Positions 10,854 through 21,273 of a stretch of DNA of 64,000 nt are shown piece by piece. The notes under the pieces were generated by a model, which saw nothing but the letters and a program-made list of their open reading frames with translations, searched no databases and was not told the origin of the DNA. The position numbers were made by a program, and so were the translations under genes. The number at the start of each line of letters is the position of its first letter. Position 1 is the stretch's first letter. Origin of the DNA: an uncultured Acidimicrobiia bacterium (GTDB lineage: Bacteria > Acidobacteriota > Terriglobia > Versatilivoradales > Versatilivoraceae); contig CAWBAT010000003.1 in NCBI GenBank assembly GCA_963786955.1, forward strand, positions 1-64,000, given 5' to 3'.

Positions 10854-11700
10854 ATGAATAAAGCAAGAACATTAATTGTACTGGCGGTTGCGGTTCTCAT
10901 CGGGGGGATTCTAAGTTATGCGGTGTACAATTTCTTGCAGAATCGGCCTCCAGTTATTGTGAAAACACCAGAGAAGAACATTGTCGTGGCTGCAGGAACC
11001 CTGCCTCTCGGGACCCTGTTGAAGGACGAGAATCTTAAGTTCGTCGCTTTTCCTGCCCCCAACGTTCCCCTAGGCTACTTCGAGCGAAAAGAAGATCTTG
11101 TCTCTCGCGGGACGATCCAGTCTCTCGTTGAGAATGAACCTATCCTCGAATCGAAACTCGCGCCGAAAGGGACGGGTGCGGGACTACCTCCAATTATCCC
11201 GAAGGGGATGAGGGCAGTCTCTATCCGTGCCAATGAAATTATCGGAGTTGCGGGATTCGTAATTGCCGGAACAAGAGTCGATGTGATTCTAACCGCTTCG
11301 CCACAGGGCAGCCAAGAACCCATATCTAAGATTGTTATTCAGAACGTTGAAGTCGCGACGGCCGGACAAGTGATTCAAAAGGACCCTGAAGGGAAACCAG
11401 TGACAGTTACCGTGGTCACCTTATTTGTTACGCCTGAAGATGCGGAAAAAATCACGAGTGCCAGTACACAAGGTCAGTTCCAATTGGCTTTGAGGCACCC
11501 GCTGGATCTGGAAGAAGCCAAGACTCGGGGAATTCAGATGAGTCAATTAATGAGGGGAGGTGGACCGCCGCCCGCGGCCCCCGCGGTTCGAAGGACGTCG
11601 AGGATACCTCAAGTCCATCGCCACACCCCAAGCACCCGTGTCACCGGCAACAAATATTGAAGTCATTAAAGGCGAGCAGCGGTCCACCGTCAAGTTCTGA
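10854..11700 (+). CDS. cpaB: Flp pilus assembly protein CpaB/RcpC (frameshift near C-terminus)
   Basis: SAF domain, then GMRAVSI..GVAGFV..GTRVDVI. The true tail IEVIKGEQRSTVKF* is in another frame, stop 11700. Confidence 0.92.
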
Positions 11701-11961
11701 AATTGAGCAGAATGCACGGGTCAATGGGTTTGTCTTGCGGTTTCGGTTAGATGTGAGTTGAAGAAACCGATTTTAGAAGAAGGACTTTAGAGTTTTGAAC
11801 AACGGAAACTGGGAAGCAGTTCCCCTGATCATGAAGGATAGTACGGTCGAAATATTTGGATGTTAACGCGCGGTCCTATTCGGAAATCATTCCGGAAGGA
11901 TAAAGGGAAATCTAATCTTTTTCCCAATCCAGGTCCTGCGTCTTTAGGAGGAGAAACTCAA

Positions 11962-13399
11962 ATGCTGCAACTCGCACTCGATAACAAAAGGCTCTCGATT
12001 CAGCTGTTCCGGACATCATGGCTCTTGGTCATTTCTGCCTGGATTCTCCTGGTCCTTCCGGCGACAGCCCAAACGGGGCAATCTTCAAAGCCACAGGCCT
12101 CAGAAGTCCCTCAACTCACGGTGATTGCTTCGAAATCCATCATTGTTAACACGGCGGAGCCTATTGAACGAGTCGCCGTCACCAGCACTGAAATTGCTGA
12201 TGCTTTGGTGATTTCTCCGCAGCAAGTCATGATCAACGGGAAGACTCCGGGAATCGTGAGCCTAATCTTGTGGGACAAGAACGGGAAAAGCACGAGCTAC
12301 GATTTGGTTGTGGAAATCGATTTGTCCCTCTTGCAGCGCCAGCTAGAGGAACAGTTCCCGACTGAAAATATCAACGTATCTTCCGCCAAAGGCGCATTGG
12401 TTCTTTCGGGATCAGCCAGTGATCCGCGGGTTGTGGAAAAAGCAATTGAAATTGGGGGGTCCTTTGCCCCTAAGGTGATTAACCTCCTGCAGTTGCCCCC
12501 TCCACCTGATACGGAGCAGATATTGCTTCATGGTCAAGTTCGCCGACGTTGATCGTTCAGTGGGGCAGCAATTGGGAGTCAATATTTTCAGCACCGGAGC
12601 CGGCAACACTATAGGTTCAATTGGAACTACACAGTTTGGCAGTCCTTTAAATAATTCGAGTATTGACTCAGGGGGGAAACTTGCGAATCTGCTCTTGCAG
12701 GACGCCTTAAATATTTTTGCATTCAATACCGATATCAACATGGGTGTCACAATTAAGGCTCTGCAACAAAAGAATTTGCTCCAGATCCTGGCTGAACCCA
12801 ATTTGATGGCTTCAAATGGAAAAGAGGCGAGTTTCCTGGCAGGCGGAGAATTCCCATTTCCGGTAGTACAAGGTGGGGCGAACATCAATACGGTCACGAT
12901 TCAGTTTAAAGAATTTGGAGTCCGGTTGAATTTTACCCCTACGATGACCTCAAGTGGGAAGATACGCCTCAAAGTAAAACCGGAAGTAAGCGCGTTGGAC
13001 TTTAACAACGCGGTGAATATCGGAGGGTTCCTGGTCCCCGCACTGAGCACGAGACGAGCGGAAACCGAAGTTGAACTAGCCGACGGACAGAGCTTTGCCA
13101 TTGCCGGGTTGCTCGATAATCGAGTGACTGAAATTGCAAGCAAGATTCCGGGGTTGGGGGACCTGCCAATCATTGGCTATTTATTCAAAAGTCGAGAGAT
13201 AAAAAAGGCTAAGACTGAGCTGATTGTTTTAGTTACGCCTAAATTTGTGAAGCCTTTGAATCCGGACCAAGTTCCACCCTTACCTGAAATGCCAAAACCT
13301 TTTTTGGACGATAATAAATTCGATGGTAAAGTAGGTGCGGCTGATAAACAAAGCAGTAAAGTAAGCCCCGACAGTGGGACGGCAAATCCCAGTAAGTGA
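11962..13399 (+). CDS. cpaC: Tad secretin CpaC/RcpA (frameshift ~12530)
   Basis: AGGAGG RBS and a signal peptide. N-domain and BON-like region, then secretin motifs LAEPNL..SFLAGGEFP, FKEFGVRLNFTP and IPGLGDLPIIGYLF. Confidence 0.92.
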
Positions 13400-13423
13400 G
13401 TTTTTGAAGGGAGTAGGGAACCA

Positions 13424-14611
13424 ATGCTGTCTGCCATCATAATTAGTCCAGACGAGAAGTTTAGAGACGCGACTCGAGAGTTGTTGGAGGGATCCGATCA
13501 AATCGAGGTACGCGCCGAGCTCAATAACTTCTATTCGGAACTCGACAGTTGGATATTTAACGAGATCAAGAATATGGAATCTGACATCATTGTCGTTGAT
13601 GTCAGTCCTGATAAAGAACAAGGGGTTCAAACGATTGAGAAGATTGTCGAGCTTTCTAAGCAGAGTCACGTTTTCGTGGCAGGGGACAGAACTGATGCAG
13701 ATCTGATTCTTCGATGCATGCGTGCGGGTGCGAAGGAATTCTTGTCAACCCCGATCGAAAGTCAGCAGTTGTTTTCTGCAATCGAACGAGTGAGCAAAGT
13801 CCATGCTGTCGTCAATCGTGAGAAGAAAAGGTTTGGGAAACTCTATACCTTCTTCAGTGCAAAAGGCGGGACAGGATCAACAGTCATTTCGACGAACTTT
13901 GCAGTCAGCCTAATGGAACAGACTAAGAAGCCATCCATTCTAGTAGATCTGGACATGCAACTTGGAGAGGTTTCATTGTTTCTGGGGATCAAACCTGCAT
14001 TCAATATTGTCGATGTGGCGGACAACATTCATCGGATGGACGATGCCCTTTTGAAGGGTTTTGTTAAGAGACATGCTTCGGGACTTGATGTCCTCGCAGC
14101 CCCTGACTCGCTTGAAAAAGTGGAATCGATAGGGGCACCCCAAGTCGCTCAAATCTTGCAGTTCCTCAAGAATGTCTACGAGTACGTAATTGTCGACACT
14201 TCCAATACTTTTGATGACTATACCGTTTCTGCATTGGACCATTCGACGACGATTTTCTTGATTTCAAATACAGACCTGCCGTCCCTGCGAAATGCACAGC
14301 GATGTCTTTCCATTTTTGAAAGAATGGGGTATAAAAAAGACAAGATTAAACTCTTGATTAATCGCTATCAGAAGAGCCTGGAAATACGGTCGAAAGATAT
14401 CGAAGAAACTCTGAATTTTCCTGTCTCCTGGTTCTTTCCGAACGATTGGCCGACGGTAATGAATGCCGTCAATAGAGGAGCGCCACTCTCTGCGTTGAAT
14501 CATACGGAGATCGCAGGCTCCTTTTCACAATTCGTTCAACAGATCGCCAGTATTCCGGTGCAGCGAGTTGTCGAGAAGAAGAAAGGGATTTTTTCTCTTT
14601 TTGGGAAGTGA
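13424..14611 (+). CDS. cpaE: CpaE/TadZ (REC-like + MinD/ParA-like ATPase)
   Basis: MRAGAKEFL, deviant Walker A AKGGTGST, LVDLDMQLG, and its position in the operon. Confidence 0.92.
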   Translation: MLSAIIISPDEKFRDATRELLEGSDQIEVRAELNNFYSELDSWIFNEIKNMESDIIVVDVSPDKEQGVQTIEKIVELSKQSHVFVAGDRTDADLILRCMRAGAKEFLSTPIESQQLFSAIERVSKVHAVVNREKKRFGKLYTFFSAKGGTGSTVISTNFAVSLMEQTKKPSILVDLDMQLGEVSLFLGIKPAFNIVDVADNIHRMDDALLKGFVKRHASGLDVLAAPDSLEKVESIGAPQVAQILQFLKNVYEYVIVDTSNTFDDYTVSALDHSTTIFLISNTDLPSLRNAQRCLSIFERMGYKKDKIKLLINRYQKSLEIRSKDIEETLNFPVSWFFPNDWPTVMNAVNRGAPLSALNHTEIAGSFSQFVQQIASIPVQRVVEKKKGIFSLFGK

Positions 14612-14652
14612 AACATATGTTCTTGCTAAGGATCTCAAATAGGTGAACTTGC

Positions 14653-16026
14653 ATGTCTGAAACGAGACTATTTACAAAAGAAGGGGCGCCTGACGCCGAC
14701 AAGTCATCCTGGAATGACCGACTGACCAAAGGGATATCGGGAACTGCCACGAATCATTTTCAGCTATTGAAACACAACATTCATCGCAAGCTACTCGATA
14801 AGCTAGACCTCGAAAGTATTTCGACTTTGAGCAAGCCGGTTCTCACGAATGAGATCCGAAAGATTGTTGAAAACCTGCTCATTGAGGAACCCACTCCCTT
14901 GAGCTTGATGGAACGGGAAAAGCTCGTTAACGAAGTCCTGGATGAGGTACTCGGGTTAGGCCCTTTGGAGCCTTTACTGAAGGACCCTACGATTTCAGAC
15001 ATACTCGTTAATACCTACAAGAAGGTCTATATTGAGCGGAAAGGAAAGCTTGAGGCCACGGATGTCACTTTTAAGGATGACGCGCACCTGCTGCAAGTCA
15101 TCGACAAGATTGTCTCAGCAATAGGGCGACGCATTGACGAGTCTTCACCAATGGTAGATGCCCGCTTGCCGGATGGTTCGCGTGTCAATGCAATTATTCC
15201 TCCTCTTGCTTTGGATGGACCGATTGTTTCGATCCGGCGATTTGGCTCAACCCCGCTCACTGCGGATGATCTGCTCAACAATAACACCTTGACGCCAGCC
15301 ATGCTGGAACTACTCAAGGGAATTGTTAAAAGTCGTTTAAACATCATTATTTCGGGCGGCACGGGTTCTGGTAAAACAACCCTTCTGAATTGTCTTTCTA
15401 CTTACATTCCAGAAGAGGAGCGGGTCCTCACGATCGAAGACGCGGCCGAATTGCAGTTGCACCAAGAACATGTCGTCAGACTGGAAACCCGCCCGCCCAA
15501 TATTGAGGGGAAGGGGGCTATCCGACAGCGCCAATTGGTCATCAACGCTCTTCGTATGCGCCCCGATCGAATCATCGTCGGGGAGGTCCGTGGCGAAGAG
15601 GCGTTGGACATGTTGCAAGCCATGAATACAGGGCATGATGGGTCGCTTACGACGATCCACGCCAACGCCCCTCGAGATGCCTTAGCCCGAATGGAGACGA
15701 TGATATCGATGGCCAGTCTTAACCTGCCCGACAAAGCCATGCGTCAGCAGATTGCTTCCGCAATCGATGTCGTTGTGCAGGTTTCACGCATGAGCGACGG
15801 AACACGGAAAATTATGAGTATTTCGGAAGTCGTGGGAATGGAAGGGGACGTCGTGACAATGCAGGATATTTTTGTGTTCGAGCGGGTAGGGATTGGTGAA
15901 AAAGGAAAAGTTCTAGGGAGATTTAGACCTACAGGAATAAGGCCGAAATTCGCGGAGCGTCTCAAATACGCGGGAATTCATCTCCCCGCGAGTATGTTTG
16001 ATAACGTCACTGAATACAAAAGATAA
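14653..16026 (+). CDS. cpaF: Tad motor ATPase CpaF/TadA
   Basis: [50 protein letters not shown]. Confidence 0.97.
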   Translation: MSETRLFTKEGAPDADKSSWNDRLTKGISGTATNHFQLLKHNIHRKLLDKLDLESISTLSKPVLTNEIRKIVENLLIEEPTPLSLMEREKLVNEVLDEVLGLGPLEPLLKDPTISDILVNTYKKVYIERKGKLEATDVTFKDDAHLLQVIDKIVSAIGRRIDESSPMVDARLPDGSRVNAIIPPLALDGPIVSIRRFGSTPLTADDLLNNNTLTPAMLELLKGIVKSRLNIIISGGTGSGKTTLLNCLSTYIPEEERVLTIEDAAELQLHQEHVVRLETRPPNIEGKGAIRQRQLVINALRMRPDRIIVGEVRGEEALDMLQAMNTGHDGSLTTIHANAPRDALARMETMISMASLNLPDKAMRQQIASAIDVVVQVSRMSDGTRKIMSISEVVGMEGDVVTMQDIFVFERVGIGEKGKVLGRFRPTGIRPKFAERLKYAGIHLPASMFDNVTEYKR

Positions 16027-16057
16027 TCGTTTAAAAAAGTCTCTCTAAAGGAGAGCC

Positions 16058-17035
16058 ATGAATCCGATTACAATTTCTTTTTTCATTTTTGTGATTGCCG
16101 TGCTATTCGTGGGAGGCATTTACTTCTTCATTTGGGAAATGCCGGAGCGTGAAAAGCGAAAGAAGATCAAAGATAGACTGGAATCGATTACCGAGGTTGG
16201 GCGCCGATCACCCACACCTGAGCTCGATCTCATCAAAAGTGAGCTTCTGAGTGATGTTCCGGCAATCAACACGTTACTCTTGCGTTTCTCCCATTCCAAT
16301 CGACTGCGAAAGCTCATCAATCAGGCAGATATGAAAATAAAGGTCAGTACCTTTGTTTTACTTTCGCTGATCATCTGTGCAGTCGGAATTTTCCTTTCCA
16401 GCTTTCTGATCAAGATCTGGTTTGTCGACATTATTATCGGGGTATTCCTGGCATTCCTGCCGTTGCTTTTCATTCTATACAAGAGGAAAAAACGATTTCG
16501 GCGTTTTGAAGAGCTTTTCCCGGAAGCATTAGAATTGTTGACCCGCGCGGTTAAGGCGGGACATTCCTTTAACACCGGTATGGAGATGATCGCCGAAGAA
16601 ATGATTGAACCTCTTCGCGGCGAATTCAAGATTACTTTTGATGAACAAAACTTCGGGCTCCCCTTAAAACAAGCTCTTTTCAATATGATTGAGCGAGTAC
16701 CGCTGCTCGATTTGAAATTCTTTGTGACCGCTATTTTGATGCAAAAGGAGACGGGTGGTAATCTCGCTGAGATTCTCACAAACCTCTCGCATGTCATTCG
16801 AGAGCGGTTCAAAATTATGGGAGAGGTACGAACATTTTCAGCCCAGGGCCGACTCACGGGCTATATCCTGACCTGCATCCCAATTGCCATGGGGTTTATA
16901 CTGTCCATGATGAATTGGGATTACATGAAAGCTCTTTTCAAGGAAGAGATTGGGCATTACATGTTGGCTGGGGCTGCTTTTTGCCAGCTGCTGGGCTATA
17001 TCATCATTCGAAAGATTGTGAATATCAAAGTTTGA
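16058..17035 (+). CDS. tadB: Tad inner-membrane platform protein TadB
   Basis: T2SSF domain: PEALELLTRAVKAGHS, ETGGNLAEIL, SAQGRLT. Confidence 0.93.
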   Translation: MNPITISFFIFVIAVLFVGGIYFFIWEMPEREKRKKIKDRLESITEVGRRSPTPELDLIKSELLSDVPAINTLLLRFSHSNRLRKLINQADMKIKVSTFVLLSLIICAVGIFLSSFLIKIWFVDIIIGVFLAFLPLLFILYKRKKRFRRFEELFPEALELLTRAVKAGHSFNTGMEMIAEEMIEPLRGEFKITFDEQNFGLPLKQALFNMIERVPLLDLKFFVTAILMQKETGGNLAEILTNLSHVIRERFKIMGEVRTFSAQGRLTGYILTCIPIAMGFILSMMNWDYMKALFKEEIGHYMLAGAAFCQLLGYIIIRKIVNIKV

Positions 17036-17049
17036 TCTCAAGAGCCTAG

Positions 17050-18003
17050 GTGGGACAAATGCCATTTTCACTAGTTCTTATCATTGTTTTGACATTTCTG
17101 CTGGCGACTTCTCTCGCCTTCTATGTTCAGTACGCGCTGTTCCGAAGGCGGAACCCTTTTTCAGATCGTTTGGCAGATCTCGAGAAGTCTAATCCCTTTA
17201 AGGCCTATGGGGAATCTATCCTTACATCGCAGCGAGAAACCAATTTCGAAAAGGTTTTTGAGCCGCTGAGTAGACTGATCCCGAAATCACCGAGTGAAGT
17301 GAGCGCGACCAGAAGGAAGCTCATGCGCGCGGGTTACCGGAATAAGTCTGCGGTTACCATTTTTTTTGGAATCAAAGTTGTTGTTATCATCCTGGCCCCA
17401 CTCCTTCTTTTCTTGGCCAGCCGATTCCGGGGTATGCCTGCAGAGAATCTGTTCTTCTCCCTGCTCGCTTTGGCTGGAGCCGGATATATTATCCCGGATT
17501 TCATTTTATCCACTCGCGTCAAAGCGCGACAGGAGAGAATTCAACTCTCATTACCCGATGCCTTGGATCTGATGGTAGTTTGCGTTGAAGCCGGGCTTGG
17601 CCTCGACCAGGCAATTTTGAAGACTAGTGAAGAACTGCGTGTGACGCATCCGGAAATTTGCGATGAGCTCAATTTAGTCAATCTTGAGCTTCGAGCTGGA
17701 AAACCTCGAAAAGAAGCCCTTAAGAACTTGGCCGATCGAACAGGGGTGGATGACATCAACGGTTTAGTTTCCATGTTGATCCAAACGGATCGTTTCGGCA
17801 CGAGTATCGCCCAGTCCTTAAGAGTTCATTCGGATTCCTTAAGGACCAAACGACGCCAGCGAGCTGAAGAACGAGCCCACAAAGTCTCCGTAAAACTCGT
17901 ATTCCCGCTGGTTTTTCTCATTTTCCCTGCCATGTTCGTGATCATTCTTGGTCCCGGTATCATCAAAATCATTCAGCAGTTATTCCCTGCAATAGCCAAA
18001 TGA
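17050..18003 (+). CDS. tadC: Tad inner-membrane platform protein TadC
   Basis: LPDALDLMVVCVEAGLGLDQA, QTDRFGTSIAQSLR, KLVFPLVFLIFPA. Confidence 0.94.
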   Translation: MGQMPFSLVLIIVLTFLLATSLAFYVQYALFRRRNPFSDRLADLEKSNPFKAYGESILTSQRETNFEKVFEPLSRLIPKSPSEVSATRRKLMRAGYRNKSAVTIFFGIKVVVIILAPLLLFLASRFRGMPAENLFFSLLALAGAGYIIPDFILSTRVKARQERIQLSLPDALDLMVVCVEAGLGLDQAILKTSEELRVTHPEICDELNLVNLELRAGKPRKEALKNLADRTGVDDINGLVSMLIQTDRFGTSIAQSLRVHSDSLRTKRRQRAEERAHKVSVKLVFPLVFLIFPAMFVIILGPGIIKIIQQLFPAIAK

Positions 18004-18042
18004 CGAGCAAATCTTTTCCAGTTGAATCGAAAGGAGATTCCT

Positions 18043-18135
18043 ATGTCGCCGGATAATATCCTGAAGCTGGTGTTGTTTATCATTTTCATTGCCCTATTGG
18101 TCGTTGTAATCAAAAGGCGCTCGAGTAAGTCATAG
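18043..18135 (+). CDS. 30-aa single-pass membrane peptide (not in ORF track)
   Basis: AAGGAG RBS at 18031-18036, then MSPDNILKLVLFIIFIALLVVVIKRRSSKS*: a hydrophobic helix with a basic tail, filling the tadC-DUF192 gap. Confidence 0.65.
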   Translation: MSPDNILKLVLFIIFIALLVVVIKRRSSKS

Positions 18136-18187
18136 TAGCGAAGGCCAGTCGACGACCTTTAATCCGCCGAAAGCGATTGGCCCTAAA

Positions 18188-18553
18188 ATGATGGGGAAGC
18201 CAGGCCTAATTGTGACAAATGTGACCCGGGAGAAGATCCTGGCGGATTCTCTAGACGTTGCCGACACTTTTACGAAGAGCATGATGGGGTTGATGGGAAA
18301 GTCTTGCCTTGAAAAAGGGCGAGGCTTGTGGATCAAACCTTGCCAAAGCATCCACACTTTCTGGATGCGGTTCCCTATTGATGTACTGTTTCTTGACAAG
18401 CAGGGCGTTGTCGTTCATTTCATTGAATCTATGAAACCATTTCGGGTTTCTCGTCATGTTTTGAAGGCCCGTAGTGTCTTGGAACTTCCTGCTTGGTCCA
18501 TCAAAAAGAGCGGCACTCAAATGGGAGATTGTATAGAGGTCTCGAATGGTTAG
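18188..18553 (+). CDS. DUF192 (UPF0127) family protein
   Basis: GLMGK..L..G.GL.I.PC.SIHTFWMRFPIDVLFLD...ARSVLELPA signature. Confidence 0.88.
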   Translation: MMGKPGLIVTNVTREKILADSLDVADTFTKSMMGLMGKSCLEKGRGLWIKPCQSIHTFWMRFPIDVLFLDKQGVVVHFIESMKPFRVSRHVLKARSVLELPAWSIKKSGTQMGDCIEVSNG

Positions 18554-19847
18554 GTGGCTGAAATCAGGTACGTTGACCATTTTGAAGCATAACCTCAGAA
18601 AAGGGTTCTGGCTTGGCGCATTCACCTTTGCAACTATGATGAATCTCGCCTGTACTAAGAGTCAGACTCACATTGGCAGCGAGAGTTTTTTCATTACGAA
18701 GGCCTCAAGCAAGAAACCAAATTCTAAATTTGAGACTTTTCCGTACAAGAGTGGAACTGAACAGCAAGAGCCTTCCCCGTCTGCTACTCGAAAAATGCCG
18801 TCACAACCGACAGATTTTGCTAAGAGCAAAACTACATCCCTGAATACGGAGAAATTGGAGGAACAATTCCCCGAAGTCGCTGAAGCTTTACAAGTAGCCA
18901 AGAAAGATCCCGCTAATCCTGAGAATCATTTCCGCTTAGCTCAGCTATACCATCTCTGTCGGGTTTACGATTTGGCTTTGGGGGAATACCAATGGGCCTC
19001 GGACCTGGATCCAGACAACCCAGCCTACTTTGAAAGTCTCGGAAGGCTCTGGAGGGATTCGGGAGTGTATCAAAATGGCATTGATTCAGTACAAAAGGCG
19101 CTGCAGTTGGATAAGGACAATGTGGAGGGCTGGAATACCCTGGGATCCATTTATGACCTCTTGGGAGATCACGCCCAGGCGCAGCAAGCCTATTCCAGAG
19201 CCTTGTCAATCAATCCTAGCCTTGATTACGTGCAGAATAACCTATGTAGCAGCCTGCTCGAGACCGGCGAGTACTTGAGGGCCTTGCCCTATTGCGAACA
19301 GGCTGTTCAGTTGAATCCCGGTTTTTCTACGGCTCAAAATAATCTTGGCATTGTATATGGGATGCTGGGCGATATGTCGAAAGCATATGAAGCTTTTCGC
19401 AAAGCAAGTGACGAAGCCTCCGCTCATAATAACCTTGGTTGGGTCCTGCTTCAAAAATCCGATTTGAAAGCGGCTAGCGATCAGTTTAAACTGGCCGCAA
19501 GGTTAAAGCCGAACTATCGAATTGCTTCAGAAAACTATTATTGGACGCAGAGCCTGATCTTTAAGAGGGACGGCAAGGCTGCAAGTAAATCGGAAGGTGA
19601 TGATCAAATCCGCGCAACAAATGGTAAGGGTTCCTCAGGTCCCGATCTCGATCCGTTGGATTCCGTTAATCACATGAAATTCGATCTGAAATTGATTCCG
19701 ACTTTTTTTGATTATCAGTCCATAATTGCTTTGCTTCATGGAAATCAGGAGTCTCTAAAGACAACTGAGATCTCTTCCGATACAGATAGAAGAATCGTCT
19801 TGAGAGACGATATTCTTACAAGGCAAACCATTTTGGAGCGAAATTGA
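18546..19847 (+). CDS. TPR protein, probable lipoprotein (TadD-like)
   Basis: MMNLA-C lipobox-like motif and several TPRs (WNTLGSIY, AQNNLGIVY, AHNNLGWV). Overlaps the DUF192 stop. Confidence 0.75.
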   Translation: MVRWLKSGTLTILKHNLRKGFWLGAFTFATMMNLACTKSQTHIGSESFFITKASSKKPNSKFETFPYKSGTEQQEPSPSATRKMPSQPTDFAKSKTTSLNTEKLEEQFPEVAEALQVAKKDPANPENHFRLAQLYHLCRVYDLALGEYQWASDLDPDNPAYFESLGRLWRDSGVYQNGIDSVQKALQLDKDNVEGWNTLGSIYDLLGDHAQAQQAYSRALSINPSLDYVQNNLCSSLLETGEYLRALPYCEQAVQLNPGFSTAQNNLGIVYGMLGDMSKAYEAFRKASDEASAHNNLGWVLLQKSDLKAASDQFKLAARLKPNYRIASENYYWTQSLIFKRDGKAASKSEGDDQIRATNGKGSSGPDLDPLDSVNHMKFDLKLIPTFFDYQSIIALLHGNQESLKTTEISSDTDRRIVLRDDILTRQTILERN

Positions 19848-19882
19848 GAGGATTGATTTTGTCTTGAAGGGGAGGAGACACT

Positions 19883-21232
19883 ATGGATGGGCGACCGATT
19901 CTAACGGACGTCAGGATTGTCGACGATACAACTGAGGCACAAAGGGTAAGTTATACCCCCCCTACTCCGGCGAGCCTCAAGGAAGTTGGGCTCAATCGGG
20001 ATAGCCTTATTCATTTGATTGTCAAAGTTCTTTATTTTTCGGGCGAAGTAACGGGCTCGTATTTGTCCAATCGATTAAGGTTGCCCTACACCATCGTCGA
20101 TGAACTAATTGAATTCATCAAATCAGAGAAAATGTGTGAAGTGAAGGGCATAGCCGGGCTTGGAAAGTCCTCCTACCGCTATGTCATCACTTCCCTGGGG
20201 CGAGATAGAGCTCGCGAGTTTATCGAGATCAACCAGTATACTGGCCCGGCTCCTGTTCCCTTGTCGCAGTATATTGATATGATAAACAAAGAGGCCGCAT
20301 CGCGCCTCTATATTACCCAGGAATCGATCTCTAAAAATTTCTCGCATCTCGTATTATCCAAGCAGATGATGGATCTCTTAGGGCCAGCCATCAATTCAGG
20401 GAGATCCATGTTCGTCTATGGTGCTCCGGGAAACGGCAAATCGGTCGTTTCAGAGTCGATTGGCACTATGTTGGGTGGAGAGGTTTATATCCCTCATGCC
20501 ATCGACGTTGACGGGATTATCATTACGGTTTTTGATCCCATCAATCACAAAGCCTACGAGGGCGACAGGGTACCTGACGAGGCCGGATACCGTTCCCCTC
20601 TCTTTAACGATACCGAAGAATTCGATCAACGTTGGGTTCGTTGTCGTCGACCCTTTGTCTTCACAGGCGGCGAGTTGACTCTCGAAATGCTGGATCTCTC
20701 ATTTAATGAGATTTCAAAATTTTACGAAGCTCCTTTCCAGGTCAAGGCCAACGGGGGTGTTTTCCTGATTGACGACTTTGGGAGACAGCTTGTCCGTCCC
20801 AAAGATCTTTTGAACCGGTGGATTGTGCCTCTGGAAAAACGAGTGGATTATTTGACTCTCCATACTGGCAAGAAATTTGAAATACCTTTTGATACTCTAA
20901 TCATCTTCTCCACTAACCTGAAGCCTCAGGAATTAGTCGATGAGGCTTTCTTTCGCAGAATCCGGTATAAGGTCCATTTTGAGAACCCCACCCTTGAAGA
21001 GTTTAAGGAAATCTTCAAGAATTATTGCCGAGGCAAGAACATCGTTTATAACCCGATCATTGTTGACTATATGCAGACCGAGTATTATCAGAAATACAAT
21101 GTCGAGATTAGACGCTGCCACCCGCGTGACATTATCGAACAAGTCATTGATATTGCCCGGTACCTAAATACGCCAGCAGCCCTTACAAAGGAACTCATCG
21201 ATGGGGCCTGTAATAGCTATTTCGTGAAGTAA
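19883..21232 (+). CDS. AAA+ ATPase with N-terminal winged-helix-like region
   Basis: Walker A GAPGNGKS, Walker B FLIDDFGRQ, sensor FSTNL and arginine-finger region DEAFFRRI. GGAGG RBS. Confidence 0.85.
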   Translation: MDGRPILTDVRIVDDTTEAQRVSYTPPTPASLKEVGLNRDSLIHLIVKVLYFSGEVTGSYLSNRLRLPYTIVDELIEFIKSEKMCEVKGIAGLGKSSYRYVITSLGRDRAREFIEINQYTGPAPVPLSQYIDMINKEAASRLYITQESISKNFSHLVLSKQMMDLLGPAINSGRSMFVYGAPGNGKSVVSESIGTMLGGEVYIPHAIDVDGIIITVFDPINHKAYEGDRVPDEAGYRSPLFNDTEEFDQRWVRCRRPFVFTGGELTLEMLDLSFNEISKFYEAPFQVKANGGVFLIDDFGRQLVRPKDLLNRWIVPLEKRVDYLTLHTGKKFEIPFDTLIIFSTNLKPQELVDEAFFRRIRYKVHFENPTLEEFKEIFKNYCRGKNIVYNPIIVDYMQTEYYQKYNVEIRRCHPRDIIEQVIDIARYLNTPAALTKELIDGACNSYFVK

Positions 21233-21273
21233 TCCTCATCATTCTTGCTATTGACTGACCTGTTGATCGTGCC

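Noticed and set aside
8184-17801. Long antisense ORFs (e.g. 8184-8798, 9646-10050, 16321-16857)
   Set aside because: They are shadows of well-supported genes on the other strand. 9646-10050 is the antisense of flp.
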